This document shows, piece by piece, positions 1 through 13,050 of a stretch of DNA of 64,000 bases (position 1 is the stretch's first letter; the number at the start of each line of letters is the position of its first letter). The stretch is from Eledone cirrhosa (Eukaryota). The DNA is taken from NCBI GenBank assembly GCA_964016885.1, contig OZ024742.1:299956001-300020000 (forward strand), given 5' to 3'. The notes beneath the pieces are model-generated. The model saw nothing but the letters and a program-made list of their open reading frames with translations. It was not told the DNA's origin and ran no database searches. The position numbers were made by a program, and so were the translations under genes.

Positions 1-40
<40 letters not shown>

Positions 41-51
41 TACATATACAT

Positions 52-82
<31 letters not shown>

Positions 83-107
83 CATACATATATATATATA
101 TATACAT

Positions 108-174
<67 letters not shown>
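1..174. repeat. (TA)n/(TACA)n microsatellite
   Basis: Direct dinucleotide repeat. Similar tracts recur through the window, e.g. 20690-21070, 32955-33660, 34095-35133, 51047-52056. Confidence 0.98.
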
Positions 175-177
<3 letters not shown>

Positions 178-762
178 AGAGAGTTCTTAACGATAAGTTG
201 TAGATTTATAGGTATAAAAAAATTATTGATGGGATGACTCACGGGTCGGCTGAACTCGAATACCAATCAACCAAGGTACAGATGACAATAAATCACACAA
301 GCACGCACACACACACACACACACAAACACACAAATTTATTCAAATACATGCATGTATATATATGTTTACATACACACATAGATACATATACATGTATAT
401 GTGTGTGGATATATGCATGTACATGTGGGGGGGGGGGCGTTTGCGTATAACATGTATATACACATAGAGTTTTTCAAAAATAAGAAAAAAATAAAACACG
501 GAGAATAACGTCTCATTATTTTTCAAAGGTGGGGGGGGGGGTATATCAGGAAGAAATTGTTGAATCAAATTTTGATGATTGAACCTTTTAATTCTTCATC
601 AATGTGGAAAATTGAATAGTTTAACATTTCCATTTATTTGCCAGGATTTTCGACAGACAAACCAATTGAAGCGTTCTACTCTACTTCATTCACACAAAAG
701 TAAATAGCTTGTCTTTATATTGACTTTTCAACAAGTTTTCACTTCACTTTTGTATTTCTACT

Positions 763-903
763 CTTGTTGTTGTTGTTCTTGTTGCTGTTGTTCCTGTTGT
801 TGTTGTTGTTGTTGTTGCTGTTGTTGGAAGTGGTGGTGTTGTTGTTGTTACTACTGCTGCCACTTCTGTTGCTCTTACTGTTTTTATTGTTGTTTGATTC
901 GTT
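763..903. repeat. (GTT)n/(GCT)n trinucleotide microsatellite
   Basis: Imperfect GTT repeat; it explains the poly-Cys ORF 720..905. Confidence 0.9.
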
Positions 904-3394
904 GATTTCTTCTGATCTTTGCCAATTTCAGTACTTTTGAGATGTAAACAGGCAATAAGTTCCCGATAAATCGAGCTACGAAAACAGGCTCAAGTTGAAC
1001 AGTAAGTAAGAGAGAGAACTCCTTCAATATTAATTGATCCAAAAAGCAGCTGGATTTAGGATGTTGCTACAAAGCAATTAGAGATATAAATATCAAGTTA
1101 ACTACGCCAGATAAAAAAGGAAAAAGGATAGAGGAAAACTGAATGCCACCCTTTCAACCAAGGAAATCAGAATGTTACCTGGGTAATGTTTTAATAGTTC
1201 GTTATATTTCGGATAATGTATCCAATGACAAAAGAAATGTTAAAGAACTGCCAGAGGGTGATTTATGTGCCCCTTGCGATTGAAATTTTCCCCTGTACTT
1301 CGTGGATCCAGTTTCTTTCATTTTTTTTTATATTTCGACAGTACTGTTTTTAGACTCAGACACGTTTAAAGTGACTTATTAACTTCAAATTGTGAGTATA
1401 ATCTCAATTGGTAGAATTTCCTCTTCTTGAAGTAATTCCGATTTCTCGTAGTATTCAATAGTTTAGAGTACGATGAACTCTATCATGCTGATTTCTCATC
1501 GATATAATTGATGAAGATAACACACCTTGGTGGTGACTGAATAGGTCATTAATAGGTACAGTGCAGTTTCGTTTATATTCTAGTAACTTACTGTAGAGAA
1601 CTATGCTAATCCATGGTTTTAATGGTGGATCGTTCATAAGAGAATCAATTCATTGGGTTGTAGTGACAACGAATTACTGGCGAGCGGAGTTCAACAGTCA
1701 TTTTCTTACCCAGAAATCCGGTTTTTTCATACTCATCGAACCAACGAGTACGTTTCTAAGAGGTGGCTTAACGTACTAGAAATAACAACGAAATCTCTCT
1801 CATATTGCACTACTTAATGCAAGCCAAGATATAATATGCCTGAACAAAATAGCAGGATGGTCATGTTTGAAACACCTTTGACCATAGATCTGCTTGAACT
1901 AGCATGATCTTGGCTGAATAACAATGACTAATGGTAATTTAAATAGCTTTTGATCGAACAATTGGAACCTTCATCTTTGAAAGCGACGGTAAGGGTCCAT
2001 ATCGACTTAACCTCTAATTTTGCCTCATGCTCCCGCCAGACAAGGTCGCCAGAGAGTAACGAGTGGGATGCACTAGAAAAGCCAATCAACCACACGGGGC
2101 TCATTATAGTGGACCAGTGAAACATTGATCCTTCCATTGCTGATACTATCTGTCAATCGCAAATCCTGGTAGAAGTTGGCGGAAATTGAAATCAGAATGA
2201 ACGGTGACGGATGAAATACCGATTCATGTATAATTTCGCTAATCTGCTATGATCTGCACCTTGAAATGAAAGACAAAGATGACTGCGCGGAGATATGAGC
2301 TCACCGCGCAGTGAGCTAAAAAGATGCTGAGGCATTTAATCGACTTCACACTAATACAAATTTTAATGCTACTATTTCGAACACGGTCAAAGTAACCCAA
2401 TGTAAAGTAACAGAATTTACATGGATTCTGCCATCATATTTGTCAAATTGAATCAAATGTGAGTTTTGTAAATTCATAAATATAATCTTTGTTTTTTTTT
2501 TTTATTATTTATTTATGAGATGTTCAGAATGAGTAATGCAGATCAATCCTGAAAGAAGATTAATTCTAAAATCCTTCTGCAAGTTCTATTAAATTAATTT
2601 ACAAATTATCCAACGTGTATGAAATCAAATCATAAATATTTTCTCATTATTCTCTTGAGGAAATGATAAGACTAAAGAAGTCATTAATATTCGAAGATTC
2701 GTGTTGTCATATCGCTGAGCTGCAATTCCTTTAAATTGAAAGAATACAGATTGAGGGTTTGATAATCCAGATCGTATAAATGTATGAGAAATCACTTACA
2801 AGTACTCATACACATACACACTCACATAATTACACACACGCACATGCGTGCAGACACACACACATACTTACGCACTCACACATACACTTTCATACACAAA
2901 CATACATACAATCGCACAATTTCACATATATACACATACACACACACAGACCAATACGGTAAATCTTACATCATTATTCGTGTTGGTAGAGTTAGGACTT
3001 AAATCCCCAACAAATTACACCATACCGTCCCAAAATAGTAGGGGCACATTAGATAATGTACTCCTCGATATACCATATATAATGATATATCAAAATCATG
3101 AGTCTCATAAGGATATTTATTTTAATATCTGTACACATATTTTACTATACATGTTCAACTATAATGATTTTATTTAACGCCATCTAAAAATATCCTGCAA
3201 TATCGTGATATTAATATTCACAGGTCAATAATATATAACCTCATATTTATATAGCAACATATAATTCGATATATATATATATATATGTATAAATATTTTG
3301 TATCTCCAAAGAAATACAGTTTTAGAAAGCCGTAGCTATGCAAACACCGGGGGGCTAACGCCCTCTGGTGATGTCCAGCAGAAGCAAGGGGGAC

Positions 3395-3440
3395 AACCGT
3401 CTATGCATTTCCGGCTTAACAGGCCTTCGTCAGGACGGTC
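3395..3440 (-). ncRNA. Minimal type I hammerhead ribozyme (mirror copy)
   Basis: Reverse strand reads gaccgtc-CTGACGA-aggc ctgttaa gccg-GAAA-tgca-TA-gacggtt. Confidence 0.85.
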
Positions 3441-3670
3441 TCTCCCACCGCTTGCGACTGCTGGACTAGAAGACAGCTGAGAATATATACTTTTCTCGTC
3501 TGTGTAAATGAGGTGATTAATCTCATTTGCATATTTCTCGTCTTTATTATAAGTTGAGCCAACTTATGCAGCTTCATATGCAAATGAGATTAATCACCTC
3601 ATTTACACAGACGAGAAAATGTATATATTCTCAGCTGTCTTCTAGTCCAGCAGTCGCAAGCGGTGGGAGG

Positions 3671-3716
3671 GACCGTCCTGACGAAGGCCAGTTAAGCCTG
3701 AAATGCATAGACGGTT
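3671..3716 (+). ncRNA. Minimal type I hammerhead ribozyme
   Basis: gaccgtc-CTGACGA-aggc cagttaa gcct-GAAA-tgca-TA-gacggtt: all core nucleotides present, palindromic stem III, AUA cleavage triplet. Confidence 0.88.
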
Positions 3717-3825
3717 GTCCCCCTTGCTTCTGCTGGACATCACCAGAGGGCGTTAGCCCCCCGGTGTTTGCATAGCTACGGCCTCCTAAAACTGTATTTC
3801 TTTGGAGATACAAAATATTTATACA

Positions 3826-4970
3826 TCATTATCTATAAAAGGCAGATTGTTGTGGTTGTGTGTGTGCATGTTCCATTTTTATACATTTGCACAATTTCAA
3901 ACCGATTCGACTCAACGTCTGTAAGAATGTTGTAAATAGTCTAACTTAGGTCACCGACTATTTATTTCATTCACACTCACCCACAATTACGGAAATAATC
4001 GATAAAACTAAATACATGACGCTTAACCCTCTAATACAATCAGATTTCCTCTCTCTACTCCCCTTAAACTTTAAAAGAGGGAGAGGGAGAGGGAGAGAGA
4101 GATAGAACGTTTGTTTTTGAGTGTGGAACGGTCAAACATGTATTTACTTCAATGACAAAGAGAACTTATTACATTTCATACGAAACAACAATTATTCCAA
4201 AGCAACAGATAAATTTATTCAACAACAAAAAAAATAGCGATAAATCTTTTTTAAAACATCTATCAACGAACGCGGAAGAAAGAAGTATCAGTTCATTTAC
4301 TATACACAATAATATCCTTTATGAGATCACTAAACCTGCTAGAAACAGCAGCTAACTCTCACCCATATCACACCACTCCCTACTGTCTTAAATTTAGAAA
4401 ACATATCCTCTATGAGGTCACTAAACCTGCTAGAAACAGCAGCTAACTCTCCCCCATATTCAAAAGCAACAGATAAATTTATTCAACAACAAAAATAGCG
4501 ATAAATCTTTTTTTAAAACATCTATCAACGAACGTGGAAGAAAGAAGTATCAGTTCATTTACAATACACAATAATATCCTCTATGTGGTCACTAAACCAT
4601 ATCACACCACTCCCTCTATGTGGTCACTAAACCATATCACACCACTCCCTACTGTCTTAAATTTAGAAAACACACATTAGACAACCATGCAGAACAACTC
4701 CATCGCAGCTCTGTTGTTCGGCTGGCATCGTCTACGCGCGTGTTGCGCAAGTACTGTGAAACAATAAATTTCAACACTTCTTTGCACAGAGATAATATCC
4801 ATAGGCGAAACTACAATTGTCACTGCTGGCGCAGCTCCTGCTTCGGCAGTCCAGGTCTGCAATTCATTCACCCAGTGCCTGGCAGACAAAAAAGTGCTGC
4901 CATAAAATGGGTGGTGCAACCTAACTTTGGTAACTTACTGACCCCGAGCAACGCCGGGCTTTAATGCTTG
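3826..4970 (+). mobile_element. Non-autonomous Helitron-like element with internal duplications
   Basis: Begins TC after an A. GC hairpin cccgagcaacgccggg (4943-4958) lies 8 nt before a CTTG (degenerate CTAG) end followed by T. Internal direct duplications at ~4193-4404 and ~4457-4671. Confidence 0.6.
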
Positions 4971-5051
4971 TATTGTATAAAGCTATACTTGAAGCGAAAT
5001 CCTATTTCTTTTTTATATATATATCTATATCTATATATACATACATGTATG

Positions 5052-5087
<36 letters not shown>

Positions 5088-5394
5088 CGTGTGTGTGTGC
5101 GTGCGTGTCTGAGTGTATGTGTGTCTGTGTGTGTGTGTTTGTTTGTGTGTCTGTGTGTGTATAGAAAATAACTTTGCAATCATGAGGTCACGTGTTGACC
5201 CAAGCCATTTGTGTGAAATATGGCAGAAGCCTGTCTGATGGACTGTACATGTAATTCAAGTCTGCAGCCTTGTCTCAGTCACGCTGATTCCACTTGAGAA
5301 CCACATTAATATACGCGCGTGGAATACCCAGCGACCTCAATTAGTAGGTCGTTTAGTTGGTTTGAACAACTGAGCGACCTATACGCACACATAC

Positions 5395-5439
<45 letters not shown>

Positions 5440-5606
5440 AAAAAATGATGAAGCATTTCCGTAGGAAAGGTAAAGGAAAAGATAGTGCTCTATGTTGGAT
5501 ATTTATTTATAATTTTTTTTCCCTCAATTTTTGCCTGTTATTTTATTTCAGCCTCACTTTCATTTATCCTAGACTCTGTTTTCAAATCCATATTACTATT
5601 TCATAA

Positions 5607-5683
5607 ATAATTATTTCTTCTGATGAATGAAGACAGACATAAGTATCTGTCTTCAAGAAACCACTGGTAAATGAAATAATTAT
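5607..5683 (+). ncRNA. Type I hammerhead ribozyme in a small element (~5437-5710) between microsatellite tracts
   Basis: ataattatttctt-CTGATGA-a tgaagacaga cataagta tctgtcttca a-GAAA-ccactgg-TA-aatgaaataattat; GUA cleavage triplet. Confidence 0.82.
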
Positions 5684-5709
5684 CTTATGTTGTTTATTAC
5701 ATAACGTTA

Positions 5710-5772
<63 letters not shown>

Positions 5773-5820
5773 ATGTGTGTGTGTGTATGTGTGTGTGTGT
5801 ATGTGTGTGTGTGCGTGTAA

Positions 5821-5854
<34 letters not shown>

Positions 5855-6054
5855 TTAGACAGATAGATAGATAGTAGATAGATAACTTTCACTATAAATC
5901 TTGAATTACAAATTGAATTATAATTTCGATATTTTCTACTGAATTTCGCTTGACTCGCTATAGTAACTAATTTATGCTAATTGGTAATAGATGAACGATT
6001 ATGCTGTCTTGTCATCGATTACTGGTATAGATGAAGCTTTGTTGACAAATTATG

Positions 6055-6258
6055 TTTAAGGACTGACAACTTGAGAGCCTTTCATCTTGGTTTTACCATA
6101 TATTTAAAGGACTGACACCTCATTAGCCTTACGCCTTAGTTCTACCATATATTTAAAGGACTGACAACTTGAGTGTCTTACGTCTTAGTTCTACCATAGA
6201 TTTAAAGGACTGACAACTTGAGTGTCTTACGTCTTAGTTCTACCATAGATTTAAAGGA
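6055..6258. repeat. 49-bp minisatellite, about 4 copies
   Basis: Unit tttaaaggactgacaacttgagtgtcttacgtcttagttctaccataga starts near 6055, 6103, 6152 and 6201. Confidence 0.9.
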
Positions 6259-8401
6259 ACATAAAGGTGTAGATCGTCCGATTGGATCAAGGAAAATATG
6301 TTTTTATTAGTCTTTTCATTGCTGATTCTATCTGCCGGTCGTTACGCCTGGCAGAGGTATCACCATTTTTCTGGTAATGGGAAGTGGAATTTGATCTCAG
6401 AACGCACAGAGCCGAAAGAAGTGCAGCAATACATTCCGTTCGACTCTTTAACGATTCCGCCAATTTAGCGCCTATGTACTGGTACTTTATTTATCGACCC
6501 CGAATAGATGAGAGGAGCAAAGTTGACCTATGCTGAACCGGAACAAATATGGAGATATTGAATCCGACACTCCAATGACTTTGCAAAATTCACCAATTAA
6601 AAGTGTAATAAATATAACAACTGTGAAGCGATGCGATAATGGTACAGGTTTAAAAATTCTTTAAGGTGTAAAACCTGATCAAAATGATAAGGTAAAAATT
6701 ATATTTTGGATCTTTACATTTTAACAAGTAAAGACAACTATTATCAAAATAAGAAGGAAATAAATGAGAAATACTAAAACAAAAATAGTATTCGTCGAAG
6801 TCATTTGAGAATAGAATAGTATACAGTAGTAAAAGAAATATGGCCGTATTTATTTTGTCAGATGAACGAGGAATATTATTCTCTTTGTTGATTTAGAATT
6901 ATCTTGGTTCCGTGACTTGTCACGTCTTCGAAGTGGAGAAATAATTTGGCTATTATCGCAACTACATCAAGTAGGCAGGGGGTAAAGGGAGAAACGACAA
7001 TTTTCAAGCAAATGGAAACTAATTTTTAATATGTCCTGAACATCATCATCGATACAAGAATGGTCACGAAAGAAATAGGAAGCTGTTACTTTGATATTAC
7101 TATAGCAACGCAATGCCGAAGGGGAAGAAATTCAAAATAACATCAAAACACATTAACTTTTCAACACTTGTTCCTGAAATCAATACTCTTTCGTATAACA
7201 CAAGCAGTGATGTTATTTTATCATTAAATCATGTGGATGACTTGATTATAAAATATTTCTATCACCTCATTATCTTACAACTGTCGATATTTCGATGGCA
7301 TCCCAATAAAATCCCAAGTGACAATTTTTCTTGTAGTGGAGTGTTTTAGAAACGTTAATATTTCAAAGAACAAATGTAAAACTGTCATATATATAACTCA
7401 TTTTAGTGAGACAAGACGATTATTTAGTACAGAGAAATGAGATCGTTAGATACAAATCATAAATCAAACTCATTGCCTTATATTTGTAGCTTTGGTGCAT
7501 TATATTTATATATAGAAAAATATTACAATAATGGGACTTGTAATTTCATTCAACCCGCTCTGATTGTAGTGAAGAGCAGTTGACTGATCTATCCTGGAAA
7601 TATTCTTTATCTCTAATCATGGAAAATAAACCGTAGTTTATTGGAGCTGACCTGCTGCAAGACCAACCAATAAAGTAAAGGAGAATTCCATCAGATAAAT
7701 AGTAGATGAGATTTTTGTGAACGTAGTAAGGTAGTATGGTTGAAATTTTAAGACATGTGCTTTACAATAATAAGGTTCCAAGTTCATTTCCATTGTATGG
7801 CATCTTGGACAAATGCCTAGGGTCGACATATGTCTTGTGTGTCAAATTAGGTAGACAGAAACTCTTTGATAGCCCGTCGAATGGAGTGTGCCTCTAATTC
7901 AAAGGGTAGGCCTTCTCATATACCGCGTCACGCTGAATCCCCAGGAAAATTAAATTAAAAGTACTCGTGTTTGTGGAACGCTCGGCCACTTACACGTTAA
8001 TTCCATGAGCAGGCTGTTCCATTGATCGAACAACTAGAATAATTATCGTCGAAATAAAATCATAATGCTACAAAATGCTCATTTGATCACAGCTAATTCA
8101 AAACCCAGAAAAGAAATGCATAATTACAAACACTACTTGCACAGATCCAAAACGATCTCTATTTTATTCTTTTATTCTTTTACTCATTTCAAACATTAGG
8201 CTGAACTTCGAAGGGATTTAGTCGATCATACCGACACCGGTACTTATACTTAGTTGTACTTATCTTGCTATATATTTTATCCATCGCTTTTCCGAACCGC
8301 TAAGTTACAGTGCAAACAGTAAACGTAAACACACACACACACATCACGCATCCATAGATCTGCTCATACACACACATACTCTCTCTCTCTCTCACACTTC
8401 G

Positions 8402-8463
<62 letters not shown>

Positions 8464-8465
<2 letters not shown>

Positions 8466-8730
8466 CGAAGGAATTGTGGTCAGGAACCAGATGGACATAA
8501 CGCACCATGTTATTTTCAACCTAAAAACTTTCCGGACTTTCGCAGTTATCTCCCTTACACCTCCCGCACGCAGTCTAGTATTGCCTGTGTGAAGTGACCG
8601 AGTTTCTGCGCATGCGCGTTCGTACGGTTGTCCTTCCTGTTCCTATAACCATACACATCCCGAGCTGAAGATCCGCGAAGGTGAAACAATTGTTCTCGGT
8701 ATGGTGAACTAACTGTTGTGTAACCACTTC
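8464..8730 (+). mobile_element. Small hammerhead-bearing element inserted in (TA)n
   Basis: About 265 bp of unique sequence with (TA)n on both sides; contains GCGCATGCGC (8608-8617) and a hammerhead. Confidence 0.7.
8660..8699 (+). ncRNA. Minimal type I hammerhead ribozyme
   Basis: ccgag-CTGAAGA-tcc gcgaa ggt-GAAA-caattg-TT-ctcgg. Palindromic stem III; stem I can extend via accata/tatggt; stem II is short. Confidence 0.72.
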
Positions 8731-9202
8731 TATATATATATATATATATATATTTCGTTTCTGAATTTGATTAGCAAGATTCTTTATCTGAAATCGTGTG
8801 TTGAAACCGATATTGTTATACTTTGGGAGGGTCATGTTGCCAGTAAGAAACACACGCACCAGTTGCTTTCACTTCAATTTATTATAATAAATTTATAATA
8901 AATTTATAAATTTCTGGTTGGTTGGTTGGTTCCACAACCAGATAGTTGTTTATATATAGTCATAGTTCTTTCGTCACACACTCTGTGACCTCTTCAGTGA
9001 CTGGGGATTCCTTTCTTTGTTTCTGTGCCTCTCCTTTGTTCTGTCCTACGCCATTTTGTTTCTGTGTGTGTGTTGCGTGCTCAGTCTGCGCATGCGCCAC
9101 ATCCGGGTGTCTGTGTGTGTTTATGTTCATTTATTTATTTGTTTATTTACATGTTACTGGTTGGTTGTTTGTTCTATGTGTGTGTGTGTTTTCATTTTGT
9201 CC

Positions 9203-11320
9203 TTAATTGTAAGTTGTGATGTTGCTGTTCCACTCATATTTTCTATTTAATTTTGGTTGTAATTCTTTTATGTTTATTGCCTCTGTAATTTGTCTAAACA
9301 TTGCGTCTTTTCTGTGTGTAGATTCTATTTTTATTTCTATGTTCTCTAATTTACTCTTGTGTTCTATTTTAGCATGTTGGTAGAGTACAGATGATTCTTT
9401 ATTATCTTGAAGGTCTCGCCAGTGTTCATTTATCCGTTCCCCTACACTACGAGATGTCTCACCTATGTACACTATATTTTTGTCTCTACATTGTCCTTCA
9501 GTACATCTTATGCTACATTTCTAGTTTTACAGTTAATATGGGGGCTTATTTTACAGGTTATACATTTCTTATCTATACATGAGGGTTTTTGAAAAGGGTA
9601 TGTCTTGCTAATAAGTGTTTTTACGGAGGTACCTGGTCTTTCTACTATCTTAATATTGAGTTTATGTTTATTTAGGGCCCTTCTAAATTTGTAAGCTAAT
9701 TCACATCTAGGGGTTGTATCGATGAACATTACACTCTGGTATTTATTGCTATCATACCATGAGTTTATTCTATTAGCCTTGTTCCTAGTTCTTTCTATTC
9801 TATTCCAAAATTTGCTCCTATACAAGGGGCAGGTCCCATTTATGTCATTATTTACCATTTTTTCCCATTTGGTTCTGGCTCCTCTATACACTCTGATTTT
9901 ATCTCTCTGATAGTAGCCAGAGAACTGCATACGGTGGATGAAGTGTTGTATGTGTCTCTCTAGTTCTTCGGGGTTGCACATGCGGGACACATTTCTCATC
10001 ACCCGTACCAAATCCGCAATCAGTATGTTGATTTTGGTATGGTCCGAAACGCCCGAGTTTCGGTGGATCAGATGTTTGGAAGTCATGGGTTTGGCATAAT
10101 GGGAATGGAGGATTTGTTTTTTGTTGTTAATGGTATCTAACCAGAGCTCTGTGTCTAGTACAGGTAATCGATGGTTGGGGTGTTTACTTGGGTAGTCTAT
10201 AGTAACTCTAATTCTCTGGTGGATGGAGTTTGCTATTTGCTGGATGCTTTCCATTGTGTTTTTCTCTAGTTCCTGACTGTTCTCTAGTAGGGGTGTCTTA
10301 ACTACGATGTTTATATCATCTACGTAGCGGGAGTACATTATCAGGGTTAAGGGGTCTTCTAATTGTTCTTTAAGTTTAAGTTTAAGTCTACTGTCCCACG
10401 ATACCATGAATAAGTTAGCTATGTCGCCTGCAATGCTAACACCAATGGCTGCTCCTTCCTCTTGGGCATATGTTTTCCCATTAAATTTGAACATATGTTC
10501 CTTAAGGGTTAGTTTTATGCTGGCCCCTACCGCATGTGCAATCATTTTCTTCAGTTCATCGTGCTTTTCGGGTGTCCGTATGGCTCTGGTCCACCCGTTC
10601 CATCTATCTGTGTGGGTTTTCTTGGCCATTGAGGTAATGGTAGGTGGTCTGCCTCTTGCTGGTCTTGTAGGGCACAGGTTGCTAAGGTCATATGTGTCTA
10701 GGTAATTATTACTATAGGTAAGCTTAAGTAGGAGTTCCAGCTCACTGGTATCAATCCCACGGAACTCAACCTTGCTCTCACTGATCATTTCTACGCATTT
10801 CTCCACAGCAAAATCCACGTCAATAGATGGATACAGGGACACAACATCCATACTGCCTATTATGCAGTTTGTTAGGTCCCCAGATCGGTTACCCACGCCG
10901 ATTCTGCTGAGGAGGTCCTCCGTGCTGTCACATACATCTGGGGACATTGCAATGATGGGGCGTATGATCAGGGAGAGGAAGTAGGACAGTCTGTAGTTAC
11001 TAGCAATGTTAGCTCCACCGACTGGCCGTGTTGGTGGTCCCGCGACAGGGTCACAGCCCATTTTATGGTCTTTTCGAAGCCCATACAACGCCGGCACGTC
11101 ATTGTTCCAGGCCTGGAAGTTGTTGGCAGTCCTTTTGTTGGGCTGCATTATATTCGTCCACATCACCATATGGGCATTGAGGGCTTTTTCTCTATCCTCA
11201 TGCTCCTGTGGTGTTACCTCTCTTGTGTTAGTGATGTGGGGTTGCATTGCCTGGATGTAGTTTGGCAGGCTGTCAACCGACATTCTGCCAGACTTGTCTG
11301 TTGGAAAGCATGCTATCTCT
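9203..11320 (-). pseudogene. PLE polyprotein: reverse transcriptase plus GIY-YIG endonuclease (frameshifted)
   Basis: RT motifs SMDVVSLYPSI, QEEGAAIG, YSRYVDDI and LPVLD; Cys-rich linker; YIGETSRSVGERINEH. A 7-bp deletion near 9510 splits ORFs 9508..11400 and 9203..9472. Confidence 0.92.
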
Positions 11321-11793
11321 AACATAAACTCAATATTAAGATAGTAGAAAGACCAGGTACCTCCGTAAAAACACTTATTAGCAAGACATACCCTTTTCAA
11401 AGACCCTCATGTATAGATAAGAAATGTATAACCTGTAAAATAAGCCCCCATATTAACTGTAAAACTAGCAATGTAGTGTATAGCATAAGATGTACTGAAG
11501 GACAAAGTAGAGACAAAAATATAGTGTACATAGGTGAGACAGCTCGTAGTGTAGGGGAACGGATAAATGAACACTGGCGAGACCTTCAAGATAATAAAGA
11601 ATCATCTGTACTCTACCAACATGCTAAAATAGAACACAAGAGTAAATTAGAGAACATAGAAATAAAAATAGAATCTACACACAGAAAAGACGCAATGTTT
11701 AGACAAATTACAGAGGCAATAAACATAAAAGAATTACAACCAAAATTAAATAGAAAATATGAGTGGAACAGCAACATCACAACTTACAATTAA
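11321..11793 (+). pseudogene. Inverted duplicate of the PLE GIY-YIG endonuclease domain
   Basis: Continuous frame NVVYSIRC...VYIGETARSVGERINEH...LNRKYEW within the inverted arm. Confidence 0.88.
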
Positions 11794-11993
11794 GGACAAA
11801 ATGAAAACACACACACACATAGAACAAACAACCAACCAGTAACATGTAAATAAACAAATAAATAAATGAACATAAACACACACAGACACCCGGATGTGGC
11901 GCATGCGCAAACTGAGCACACAACACACACACAGAAACAAAATGGCGTAGGACAGAACAAAGGAGAGGCACAGAAACAAAGAAAGGAATCCCC

Positions 11994-12038
11994 AGTCACT
12001 GAAGAGGTCACAGAGTGTGTGACGAAAGAACTATGACT
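11994..12038 (+). ncRNA. Hammerhead ribozyme of the PLE pseudo-LTR (mirror at 8958-9002 on minus strand)
   Basis: agtca-CTGAAGA-g gtcac agagtgt gtgac-GAAA-gaac-TA-tgact. It lies on the sense strand downstream of the ORF stop, as expected for PLE pLTRs. Confidence 0.8.
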
Positions 12039-12186
12039 ATATATAAACAACTATCTGGTTGTGGAACCAACCAACCAACCAGAAATTTATAAATTTATAA
12101 ATTTATTATAAATTTATTATAATAAATTGAAGTGAAAGCAACTGGTGCGTGTGTTTCTTACTGGCAACATGACCCTCCCAAAGTAT

Positions 12187-12226
<40 letters not shown>

Positions 12227-13050
12227 AGAGACAAGGATAAAAATATATATCCATAATATCTGTAGTTCCATAATCTTCATTGTAGTTAGTTCCTTTATAT
12301 CTCCATAAGTTATATTCATATAAATTATGTTTCACATATTTACTTAACACACATATGATCCTGCCACCACTCAATCATTCACCCATCAAAGCGTCTATCA
12401 TCACAACTACCATTCAACTACCATTACATATCACAGCTCTATACTTCATATTCTATAATTTATATTCCCTTAATCTTCATCGTATTTAATTCTTTAATAT
12501 TTAAACTACATCGCATTATATTCTTTACTCATTCCACCACACCAACACCACTGCCGTCACTATGACTATCCCCCACCGTCGCATCACCACAGTATCCATA
12601 CACCCACCCGCCCATCGTATTTATGTATATATGCAAGTGTAGGCATGTATTTATGTATATATGTTGGCGTATTTTTATGTGTATGTATGTACACAATTTA
12701 TATGTGTATTTGGGCGTTCATATGTATATGTGTATGTGTCTGTGTATATGTATATATATGTGTGCATATGTACATATATATATGTGTGTATGCACGTATA
12801 AGCATGTGTATATATATATATATATATATTTAATTTTTTATTAATTTTTTATAAGGTATTTTTATATTTCTTAAATATTTTTTTTATATTTTCTTATATG
12901 TCTTTTATATATAGGTGTGTACACATATATTAATTTATATATATGTAAGCACTTGCGTATGTGTATTTAGTGCGTATGTATGAGTATATACGTTTGTGTG
13001 TATGTATGTATATTTATGTATTTGTACGTACATGTGTATACGGTAAGTAC

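Larger units (their letters stand above)
3286..3825. mobile_element. Fold-back non-coding element with ~250-bp inverted arms, each carrying a hammerhead ribozyme
   Basis: Arms 3286-3534 and 3576-3825 are reverse complements with a few substitutions (mirror ORFs 3298..3480+ and 3631..3813-). About 41-bp spacer; adjacent to (TA)n. Confidence 0.9.
8753..12194 (-). mobile_element. Penelope-like retroelement, 5'-truncated, with inverted pseudo-LTR
   Basis: RT plus GIY-YIG on the minus strand. 8810-9668 is repeated in inverted orientation at 11321-12194. Both ends lie in (TA)n. Confidence 0.93.

Noticed and set aside
720-905. Cys-rich, metallothionein-like ORF
   Set aside because: It is a (GTT)n microsatellite read in the TGT frame.
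900-2780. Host exons in unique-looking stretches (also 6600-7740, 14200-16300, 57600-60500)
   Set aside because: No supportable reading frame or domain. Small exons cannot be excluded without RNA-seq.
11321-11400. N-terminus of the 630-aa ORF as a true start
   Set aside because: These codons are read through the antisense strand of the inverted arm; the element is 5'-truncated at 11320.
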